A program made the translations under genes and the position numbers. The notes beneath the pieces are model-generated. The model was not told where the DNA came from and made no database searches. It saw only the letters and a program-made list of their open reading frames with translations. A stretch of DNA of 64,000 bases from Chrysomallon squamiferum (lineage: Eukaryota; Animalia; Mollusca), in NCBI GenBank assembly GCA_012295275.1, contig CM022678.1:13640001-13704000 (forward strand), written 5' to 3'. Below, one piece after another: positions 1 through 13,642 of this stretch. The first letter of the stretch is position 1, and every line of letters begins with the position of its first letter.

Positions 1-140
1 AATGTATGTGAGAACAATTTTGATACAAACAATAATATTATTTAAGTTAATAATAATAAAGAATGAACAAAAAGAAAAATTAAGTTTTTTATTATTATTA
101 GCCTAGTATTCACCATTACATTACTCTATCAGAAAATTGT

Positions 141-2987
141 TTACAAAACCTTTTTCACAACATCTACCTTTGAACCCCAGGTAAACAAATGTGGTGTTTT
201 TCTTGTTGATCTGCGACTAGCAACCATTGATGTTCCTGATTCTACAACCTTTTCTCGAACTCCGTCTAATGGAGTCTGACAGGAAATCTCTGTTTTAGTT
301 CCCAGCTCAGAATCCATCACCTCCACTGACTCCATTTTACTGTCAGCTTTCTTCAGAGTTTTTTCTGATTTGGAGTCATCACTACCTTTCTTCTTGACAA
401 CTTCTGTGAGGACTTCATTTGCCCCTCGTAAGATATGCTTTGCCTTTTCTGCTACTTCCTTAGAAACAATAATTTCTGTGACAGTTTTTTTCTTCACTCC
501 ATAGAAAGGGATTACTGGTTGTTGTTCTGTATTTTCTTTTGTACTGTTACTTTTTACATCATTTTTCTTGTCATCAACTACAACAGTAACAACTTTTCTT
601 TTTTTTGGTTCACAACATATTGTTGTGGAATCATCATTGTTTACAAGTCTTTTTTCTTTTGTGTTGGTTACATATTCATCCACTGATGAATTTCCAGCTT
701 TCAGTTTGTCTCTGAGTTTATCTGTAACAATGTTATTAGTCTTCTGTACAGTTCCACCCAATCGCAACCTCTTTGGTTTTGGCTTCTCATCAGCATCATC
801 ATTTATCAGGTTTTCTGATATTCCTGATGATTCATCAACATCTGAAGTTTCAGCAGCAGCTGCATTACCTGTCACCTGACTATCTGAAGTTGTGTCAACT
901 TTCCCACCTTCTGCTTCTGATGTGTCGTCAGAGGTGGTCACCTGTGGGGGAATGTAAACACTTTTTTCAGTTATTGTTGATGAGCCTTCCACCACACTGT
1001 TCATCAGTTGTATTGTTTCAGTAACAGATGATGCAGGGACCTTCTTATTATTCTCCAAACACTGCTTCAAGCGAGCTATTGTAACAGTAACATGTTTCAA
1101 GTCATTTTTCTGATCTGATGGAATACTTGTAAGCAGAACTTTCTTAACAAAAGATTTGTTCTTGCAAACTGCAGTTGGAGAATGCTGTCGTATTTCCAAT
1201 TTCTCTGCCTCATTGTTTGTTTTCACATTTTCTGTTAAAGCTGTTTCCTGTCTGGGAACTGTGGAAACCGTGCTACTTACATCAGGAGTGATTTTGCTTT
1301 CCTCTGAGCTGTTCTGAGTGGTTGTCAAATCAGTTACACCCTCATTCTTAGTGTTTATCTGTAACAGTGACTTGAACTTTTCTGATTTTCTTTTCAATGC
1401 TTCTTTTCTTCGTTCAAAAATAGCCACTTGTGATTTAAGTTCTGCAAAAAAAATATAACCATAGTTTATTTAATAAATTATATTATATTTATACAGCTGT
1501 TATATACAGCAAGAAAAATCCAAGTAATTGATTGTTCTTGTTTAAATAATAAATTATAAAATTGTGAATTGTAAATTAAAATGACACTTTCACTACTGAC
1601 TGAAAACTACTGTTTATATATATATTTGTATATCTGGGTTTTAGTCTGTGTGTTTACAAACACAGAAGTGTGAACTGTTTCAATATGAACTATTTACCTT
1701 CCATTTCTCTTTCAAGCTTTGCTTCTTGTTTTTCCATGTTGATTTTGTAATTTGACATTTTCTTCTTAAATTTATCCATTAGACCAAGAGCTCGGACAAT
1801 CACACTGAGCTTATGACAGTCTGAAATAACAAATAATGGCAAAATTTTATCAGAAGTAATAATGTTTAAAATCAGAAACAGAGCAGTATACTGCTAGAAA
1901 AAAGGAAAGGAAAGGAAAGAAGTAATACACACACGTGTAACTGTGTGTGTGTGTGTGTGGATAGGTGTCCCGATCTGCTCTGTTGAACCAAATCTGAGTA
2001 ACCCTCAGTTTTTGTGCTTCATAACTATTTTTAAAATATTGAGTTAATCATTTAAAAAATAAAGTATATTTCAACTCTACCCTAATATCTATATTCTAAC
2101 CTTCAGGTCGTGCATGCACGACCAGATCTTTCCGCAGTAATGTTATGTGGTCTTTAATGTCAACCATAAACACATCCAAAAAACCAAACTCCATAATTCC
2201 TGTCCAGAAATTCTTATCATCTTCATAAGATGAATCGGAACCATCTACAGGGGTTAACTCTATTGGAAATGTGATCTCCTCAGGTGCTGATAAAACAAAT
2301 ATGAATTTTAATAATAAGCATAATATTTTTAAAGATTATTTAAAAAAAAAAAAAAAAAAAAATCTTTTATATGTATATATTCTATAAGCACTAATACAGC
2401 AGAGAACTTTTTTCTTAATAGATGTATTTTTCAAGAAATGAATAATAATAATGTTTAACTTACACAAAAGATTGTCATCCACGCCAACTGACATATCTTT
2501 CATTCCTGAATAACAATTTAAAAAATAAAATAAATAAATTATAAAACAAACAAAAATTATGAAAGAGAAACAAACAGAATTATTTTTAAAAATAATCAAC
2601 AACAACAATAAAAATGTTTTATTTAATATATCAAATGGTAAAACTGAAATGTAATTATAATCATTTGCTCACTTTAAAATGTAAGTATTGTATACATATT
2701 TGTAATAAATAATTCATGAAAGATTAACTTTAAAAATAACTTATTCTAAAACAGCAGTTTTTGTGTTCCTACAATTAAATTAATCAGTGACAACAACAAC
2801 AACAAAAAAGACAAATGCAGAGAATGTAGTTCACACACATCCAAAAAATAATTTCTTTGAATTTAATTATTATTTAAGAATTAAAAATGGATACAAATAA
2901 ATAACAGTTACCATTTGAAGTTGTAGTCTCAGCAGCTGGTTTTGTGAAAGATTCTTAAAAAAAATAAAAAAAACAGTAATAAATAAA

Positions 2988-3085
<98 letters not shown>

Positions 3086-5362
3086 AATAAATAAATAAAT
3101 AAACTTTTTTCCCTTCCATTATTAATTAATTTATTTATTTTATTTTATTTTATTTTATATCACAAAGAATAGTAACAATTTTTTTTTAAATACATAACAA
3201 ACTGAATTAAAAAGAGATATGTACAAGACAGAAATGTTTCCTGGAAACTAATGTATATCATTGTATTCTTAATGTTAACATTGTTTAACAGTTGCAATGT
3301 GGCAACTAGTTTAACAATGTTTTTAATTATGTTACACTGCCTAACAACATCATTTCTCTTTAGTCAGTGACCACATATGAACACATATCACATTCTCATT
3401 TTTCTTAGCAACAAGTATTGAGAATTATATGACTTTGCCTTAAAAGAGAGTAGTAGTGATACAATATTATGTATTAATGGACCAGATGAAAAAATAACAT
3501 ATCATCTCATTGAGTTGTATGTGTGAATATTTAATATTTGATATCTAGTCCTCATCTCTGAGAAATATATGTGTGCATAATTACATGTACTTCATTACAT
3601 TCCCAGGTGTGAAAAAATATAAAAATTTACCAGTTTTCCGTTGTAGAAAATTCTGTAAGACAGTCACATCAGGTTTAATATCCTGCTCAACCGCTGACCT
3701 TTCACTGTCATCAGGCAGGTGACAGTACGTATGCTCGTTGATACTTCCAACAAATTCTACCTTTGGCACAGGTGAGCGAACAAGTTTCTTTTCAAGAGGG
3801 AAATCAGGTGGGATGGTACTGGAAACAGTTGTTGAACGACGACGGTTTGCCAGTGCTACTGTCAGAGGTTTGTCAGTGTGAACGATGGGCGTGCGGGCCA
3901 CACAGCGGCCAGTACAGTACTCGTCATGGCGATAGAAGTCCAGCTGACCTGAGTCAATGTATCGCCTAATTATAAAAGAAATGTTCAGATTTTTATTTAT
4001 GATATAATTAATATAAACAACAGAAATGTCAGTTATTTTACATCATGTCACTTCTATTACCAGAAATTTAAATTATCAGGAAAATAAATATTTAAATATT
4101 TTAACATTAAATATTACATTATATCATACAGCAGATTAAAAAAAAAAGAAGTTAATAATACTATCACCATGTTAACAGATTTACCAGTTTACACATGTAA
4201 GATGTTTTTCTTTGAGACACTTTATTGTATGTTGAGACACAGCCTATATATTTGTTATGTCAATGATATTCTTGAAAAGCAATATTAAATTCTCTTGTAG
4301 CCTTTTGAACAACTGTTCCTAAAGCAAGGCAAACAAACCCCAACAAAAAGATTATACATATAGATAAAATAGAGCAAAACAAACTAGATACTTGAATTGA
4401 ATCACAGTCTGTCAATGCACTGTATGTTATTCTTCTTCAGTTCGTTCAGTTTCCATAAATGAATGAATAAATAAATGAATAAAATATTCAAAAGTGGAAC
4501 CGTTTCAACTGGTGATTCTATTACTAACCTCAGTTGCAGACCATTTATTCGTACAGCATTCTTCCAGTCTTTGAGTCGCTCTTTTTCTCCCATGATAGTA
4601 AAAATTTTGGGTGAGATAAATTTTCCATCTGACTGCTCAATACATTCTCGATGTATACCAGGGCAGTAGAATTTGTTCTTGTGAAGTTTTCCCTTCAGTG
4701 ATCCACATGACACCTCTATTATATCTCCTTCTACAGGGCTGAAATTAAAATAAAATACAGAATTATTACTGTTGTTGTTGTTGTTATACAGGAAATAGTA
4801 ATGAATTGACAGTATTAATAATAGTAAGAATAGTGTGGTAGTTAGTTTTAACATTTGCAGTAGAAATTACACTAGCAATGTGTAGGCTAGTGTTAACCTG
4901 ACATAAAAAAAGAAAGATATTAGTTTAAATGATGAATGACAAAAATATAACACACACTCATGCATATATATATATATATATATATACACATATTAATATC
5001 TCATAATTAATAATTATTGATACATACTAATTCTATAATAATAATAATAATAATAATAATAATTCTTTGTTAATTTTTGTTTGTAATACGTCAAAAAACA
5101 AATCAAAACAGAGAGAGAAAAATAATAATAATTTAGTATAACTATGTAACACTATGTTTTACATTGTATTACAATTACGCTGTTTTACAAAGTAAAACAT
5201 TGTTTAACAAAATTAGTACTAGTGACCTAGATAAAAAAAATCAGTTCCGGTGCTCTCAACATATAGCGTTTAAATGTTTGTTTGTTTTTCTGCTTTCGTA
5301 ATGTTTTTGCTTTACCTAGACGAAGGCATCCTTGTTACAAAGACAGCGCTATTCTTCCACAT
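141..5362 (-). CDS. GMEB: SAND (KDWK) domain transcription factor, glucocorticoid modulatory element-binding protein (GMEB1/2)-like, ~747 aa, 7 coding exons
   Basis: Exons 5362-5316, 4738-4529, 3965-3631, 2953-2912, 2286-2101, 1820-1698, 1441-141, all GT-AG and phase-consistent (2244 nt). SAND core IIEVSCGSLKGKLHKNKFYCPG...LKDWKNAVRINGLQLR is followed by the GMEB-type YIDSGQLDFYRHDEYCTGRC, later FWTGIMEFG and a coiled coil, then a long low-complexity S/T/E/K tail. Confidence 0.85.
2979..3102. repeat. (AAT)n/(AAAT)n compound microsatellite
   Basis: Direct reading. Confidence 0.95.
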
Positions 5363-5382
5363 GCAATAACATGTATCCGTCG

Positions 5383-5470
5383 AAAATGGCGAACGGGTAC
5401 GTTGTTTTTTTGTGTGTTTTTTTTACATACCGTGACGTCACTGACGTTCGGACATCGCGCGGACGCCGAG
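5383..5470. promoter_or_regulatory. CpG-rich promoter patch of the GMEB-like gene with CRE (TGACGTCA 5433-5440), tandem ACGT half-sites and a YY1-like AAAATGGCG (5383-5391)
   Basis: Motifs read directly 20-100 bp upstream of the ATG at 5362, in a local CpG cluster within AT-rich DNA. Function is inferred. Confidence 0.5.
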
Positions 5471-6116
5471 ATGCAGTTCTCCTGAAATCCATTCTCAGTA
5501 AAGAACGTCAAAATTAAAATGAAAGTTAATAATTAGAATGAAAGATAAAGATTTTTCTTTCAACCATGTATTTTCTTTGTTTATTTATTTATTTATTTTT
5601 CACTACTTTTTAACCTTCACTGTTTTTGTTCACCATAATTATTTCCATAATCGAAATTAAAGAGGTAGATGAAATACAAAATGACAAACAGTAAGCTTTT
5701 TTAAATGTTTATATTTATGTTTCAGCTGTTGTTGTTGCTGCTATTCTTGTATTTTATTATTTTCCTTTTTCGAATTTAGTTTCTGACGACGTTGGTTTGT
5801 AGTTAGATGTCTTTAAATAGTCTGAAAACTTGTAATGTTAAACTGCTACTGTTGAAGTGGACAATTATTATGCGTTTTAATAAATACCAAAATTTATATT
5901 TTAATGATATTTTCAAATACAGTATTTAACCATATTATAACAAGAGAGAGAGAAAAATAAATTATCTTAAATTTCACACACATGTATTTAAAAAGTAGTA
6001 ACAGTAATAGTAGTAGTAAAATCAGCAGCAGCAGTAGTAATAGTGGTATTAATAGTGGAAGTAACAGTAGTTGTGTTGTTAGTAGTAAACATTGGGATAA
6101 ACAATTATTATTTTTA

Positions 6117-6117
<1 letters not shown>

Positions 6118-6187
<70 letters not shown>
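6118..6187. repeat. (TAT)n microsatellite
   Basis: Direct reading. Source of a spurious poly-Tyr ORF. Confidence 0.95.
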
Positions 6188-6188
<1 letters not shown>

Positions 6189-6736
6189 GTACTTTACGTA
6201 GTCCAGTAAAAATAATAACAATAATTTAACATTTTTCGTGCTGTCACAGTTAGGTGAAAGATATTTATGCACCTAAAATAAGTTTATTTGTCACATATCA
6301 CTAATTATGAAATGCTTATCTTTAGTTACATTTATTTACATAATTAGAAATAACATTTTAGTAAATAGTATTCATGACGGTTTCTACTAGTTAATTTATG
6401 CAAAAGCCTGGGTCACGCAAACTGCGAGATCTTTACCATTTCGCTACCCTTGAAACGTCAATAATTTTTGGACAGATTGTACCGCATTATTAGTAATAGT
6501 AATTTTCCAGAAATCTGTAGTTCAAAATAAATAAAATACAAACGTATGTCTCTAGAGTATGAGTTTAATATTATCGCCTTGACCTTAAACAGGAAGTGAT
6601 AACTGACCTCTTCATCCGTTTCTATTTTTAAATCAAATACTTGAGGTAAATGTCAAGGCGACAGTCTTAATAATTATTGTATATGTTCTAGCTTTTATAG
6701 GAAATCTGAATTATATTTAATTAAAATCTGAAAACC

Positions 6737-6790
6737 AAAGACTGGCTCCATAATCTTGCAGTAAACTGCAAGATTACGGAGCCAGTCTTT
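6737..6790. repeat. 54-bp near-perfect inverted repeat (26-bp arms, 2-nt loop, 1 mismatch)
   Basis: AAAGACTGGCTCCATAATCTTGCAGT-AA-ACTGCAAGATTACGGAGCCAGTCTTT. Confidence 0.9.
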
Positions 6791-7685
6791 TATATATATA
6801 TTTATTATTCTTACTTTTATATATGTATTTATTTATTTTTAAATATTATGCCAATGTAAATATTTCTTATAATACAACAAAAAAAAACCATTGTTTTAAC
6901 AGGATATACTACAGTTCACTCTATTTCATTTATTTTAACTCTATATTACGTCAGAAATATAAATTAAAAAGTATCTCTGATTTTATAAATACATGTCTTA
7001 TGCTTCAAGTTATTATTTCATCACTAAAAATTAAGGTATGTCTAATAAAATAACTATTATTAAACATTTCCATTTTGATTTGCAAAATTATTAGTGAGTC
7101 ATCGCGTACATTGCGGAACACAGATTTATTTATCCTTTTTCTCTCGATACATGAAGAAACTAGTCAGGCCGCCTTCTTCGCAGTGATGTCACGACTTCAG
7201 ACTAACCGTATCTTCTATTGTAATAATAATTTGAAACACAGATGAAAAAAATAAATGAAAACAACCAAGATGCTTATTAAAACTTTATTACACATACATA
7301 TTTAAGCTGGTAATATTGCAGTTTAGTTACGGCTCATGAAAGCAGACGTTTTACGTAATAATTTCTAGCACAAATACAAAAATGGTCGTGTGTATGTGTG
7401 TCAAATAGTGTGTGTGCTATTTAGTTCGGGGCAGTTCGATGCTGCCATATATAATTGTTTCGCTAAAGGAATCGTTTTCTTTTACACCAGTAATCGCGAT
7501 TGCAGATGGAAAAATTAGTTGACAAATTTTACAAGCAAAAAGATTAGAAGATTTTAAATTACCTTTTCATAACTACTGTAAAACAAACGAAAACTCGTGG
7601 TAAAATCTGAGTAAAACCTCAGTCGACAACTTGGAGTACATTTAAAGTGCAAGATTACTTTGAAATGTAGTTTCTGTAAACTAAA

Positions 7686-8660
7686 CTATGTCGCATGCTT
7701 TTCACCGGCTATTTTCAACAAACCTCTAGCAATAGGATGCATGTAATGAATCTGCCATGTCATACATCTGACACTGCCACCCATATGCGAAAGTTTTCCC
7801 GTATCAACAGTCATCACCTCTTTACCTGTATTCTTCTTAATAAGGTCGACGACATCATCATTATCTTCCCCAAAACGAGGGACATAGACGCAACTGGCGG
7901 TAACTAGACAGTTGACAAAAGAACCAACAGCTGACGACATTCCTTTCCAAGTTTCACCTGAATCTTTACAGGGAAGCCTTACAATTTTCACATCAGGAAA
8001 GTGAGACTGAATTACACTTTCATTCTTTTTATACTCATCCTTGTTGCCGTAATCTGCCAACAACAAGGTATTCCTTTCAATGAAGGATACAATTCCATCA
8101 GCATGTCCAGTGCTGTCACCAGGATCTGGTATTACACAGATTCTTTTTCTCAGAATCTGCTCTACTTTCTTAAGTACAGCTGCTGCAGTCAGATGTTTAT
8201 TGTCACTGATAATTCTCTCTGTAACAATAGCCTTGTCCATGTCGTTATCAACCACATTGCCGCCATCAAGAATTATTGAACACTTTTCGACATCAAATGA
8301 CATTTTCTTCGCTACCACATTTAACAAACTGTCGAACCGTTCAGAAATCCATGCGGAATCTTTAAACTTTAGATAAGTGGGTTTGTAAGTGAACGGAACT
8401 TGCAAACTGGGTACAGTGGGCGTGAAATCCCTCATCCATAAGTCTAAAGACCGGCGTAAAGTCAGACATTTTGCATGGATGAATTCGACACCTTCTAAAT
8501 GATTTCTCTTGTTGTCATGAAGTATTAGGAGATCATCTGTCTGTGCAGTTTTTATATCTAATTCTTTGATAAAGTCCACAATGTCTGGGAGAGATTTCTT
8601 ATAATAGTCAGCATTCTCGCCTCCTGGGAGTGACACTACAATTAAATGTCTTCCCTCCAT
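7686..8660 (-). CDS. Agmatine deiminase / Porphyromonas-type peptidylarginine deiminase family (PAD_porph) enzyme, 324 aa, CDS in one exon
   Basis: Uninterrupted ORF from ATG at 8660 (MEGRHLIVVS...). Family motifs in order: DLWMRDF, ILDGGNVV, DSTGHADG, YVPRFG, MGGSVRCMTWQ (catalytic Asp, His, Asp, Cys). Confidence 0.88.
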   Translation of the reverse strand: MEGRHLIVVSLPGGENADYYKKSLPDIVDFIKELDIKTAQTDDLLILHDNKRNHLEGVEFIHAKCLTLRRSLDLWMRDFTPTVPSLQVPFTYKPTYLKFKDSAWISERFDSLLNVVAKKMSFDVEKCSIILDGGNVVDNDMDKAIVTERIISDNKHLTAAAVLKKVEQILRKRICVIPDPGDSTGHADGIVSFIERNTLLLADYGNKDEYKKNESVIQSHFPDVKIVRLPCKDSGETWKGMSSAVGSFVNCLVTASCVYVPRFGEDNDDVVDLIKKNTGKEVMTVDTGKLSHMGGSVRCMTWQIHYMHPIARGLLKIAGEKHAT

Positions 8661-9104
8661 GCTAAAAATACCCGCTTTAAAAACCGAGTTGAAAAGTAGG
8701 TCGAGTTCAACTCGCACACGATTAATCCGTGACAAACATGAAAGATCGTTTTTGTTTATTTACGTCGACCGAGTTTCTGTGTAACTGAACAGCATCCGTT
8801 CTGCTTGAAATCAGTTAACAATAAAGATTTAAAAAATAATTATTATTTCGCACCATATTTTATTAAAAGCTTTCTTGGAGAAAAAAGAAAGCAAGATATT
8901 ATATGATTTATTTATTTATTTATGGTTTAAATACCGTCTTTTTCAAATAAATAATATATTAATGATAATAACAATAACAATAATATATAATAGGAAAACC
9001 ATTGGCATTGCACAATATTCGTGACTAACAGTAAAGTGCTTTCTAAATAGTTGTAGGGCCTATTATATCAGCTTTGCCATTTTTATTACTGATAATTAAA
9101 TAAT

Positions 9105-9137
<33 letters not shown>

Positions 9138-9357
9138 AATAACAATAAATAAATAAACAAATCAATAAATCAATCAAATTATGTCTATAATCCGGTCACA
9201 GACGATGGTTGAATGATTCAAAACTCGGCTCGAGAGGGATTTACTGTACCTGTTTGAAAGTACATACAAAAATAATTTTATTTCAGATTAGCCTGTTTTA
9301 AACTTTTCCATAAATAAAATTACTTTCTTCTTGCCAAAAATACTTCCGAGGTAACGT

Positions 9358-12058
<2,701 letters not shown>

Positions 12059-13642
12059 TAGGTAGAGCCAAGTTCCGTTTCGTAAATTACCCGCTAATTC
12101 TGTTTACATTGAAAATATACTTGAGATCCATAAATATTGATAAACATTGCAAGGAGCCCGTAGTTGTAAAATCTAGAATAAATATCAAAAACCCATAAAA
12201 ACGTTAAATAATGCAAGGCAAGTATTTCACGCTTATCATGATATTTCATTACATCATGAAATATCTCAATTCGGACTAAATCATAATTCAATTTGCATTA
12301 ATTTGTTTTAACACAAGCGACAACGCGAGTACTCATGAATATTAATGATAGCCGATGACCTGCGTGTCATTCCCATCTTTTACCGCTCTCCAAGAAAGCG
12401 TGCAGAAAACACTATAGTTACCTAGAATTATACTATTTACATCGTTAAAAAGTTGAATATTAAAAAGTACAATACAGTTTATAGAATATGTTTGATTCGT
12501 TTTAGTTAATTCGTTGTATTAATTATTTTAAAATGGCTTTGTGATAACTCGTGATGTCTTTTATGTACAAGTAACTAAACTTGTGTATAAAATAAATCTT
12601 GCAATGCCCGACTTTATTTTTTTAAACTTAAATGATATATTGGTATTACCACACAAAGTACACAAAAATAATTTATGGCGTGAACAGCAACTGTAGGAAA
12701 TAACAAAATAATAATTGACAAACTTATAAAAGTAAAATGGCAATAGCATCGGATACATACATGCATAATACATGCACACATACATATAAAAAAAAAGTCT
12801 TATAAAGTTACAGCTTCTATAAATAAATTAACAACAATGGCATGGAAATATGCCAAATAATCATCAAATATCTAATAAGAAATATCTTGTAGAATACCTT
12901 TATTTGCTTACATTTTTAAAATGTTTACAATACATAGGTTGATTTTCTATAATTAATTTCAGAATTATTTATAGCTAATATCCATACAATTTCCACAACT
13001 AATTATTAATCATACATTTATAGCATATTGATAGACTGCTTAATCTAAAAAACAGAGTTTACATCATATTTCTAACATCTTACTTAGTAAAATACATTTT
13101 AACAATATATATACTTATAAATAAACTTGAACAACTTGCAATTGTCAGATTTTCATTAGTTTGAGTGCATAAATTATCTGTAAATAGTTATTCAGTTTTC
13201 CTGAAGTTTTTTTCTGCAGTTAGTAGTAATGAGAAAATTTTGTGCAGAATTTAAAAAAAGTTTTAGTCTGATACAATCATTATATAATTAATTTGAAATT
13301 TAAACAAAAAATAATAAAATTATATCAAATATCAAAATAATTTCAATTCATTCACATTATCAATATCTCATAACTGTTTTGTAATAATTGTTATTGATTT
13401 AGTTTCAACAAGAGAAATCCCAAATTATATTGTTCTATTTCAAATTTATTTAGATAGAAAATAAGAACTGATTAATGTTAATAAGCAAAATGAAATTTTT
13501 GAAAACTCGTATGAAGTCTGATAACAAATATATGCTAAGTAAAATAAAATATGTTGACTTTGTTTATCACTTTGTGCCTCATGTGACATCCAGTCACAAT
13601 TGTGCTGTTGAGTTATATTTGAACCTGTCTTGTAACTGACTG

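Noticed and set aside
435-1024. Plus-strand ORFs over the GMEB last exon, and antisense ORFs over the deiminase and RIM exons
   Set aside because: Shadow ORFs opposite real coding exons, with no motifs.
7686-8660. Bacterial contamination as the source of the deiminase
   Set aside because: It is embedded between intron-containing animal genes, flanked by host-like AT-rich DNA and microsatellites, with no operon neighbours. Only a mis-assembly would explain it, and that cannot be tested here.
8661-8735. N-terminal extension MSRINRV... of the deiminase in the ORF track
   Set aside because: It starts at TTG; the first in-frame ATG is at 8660.
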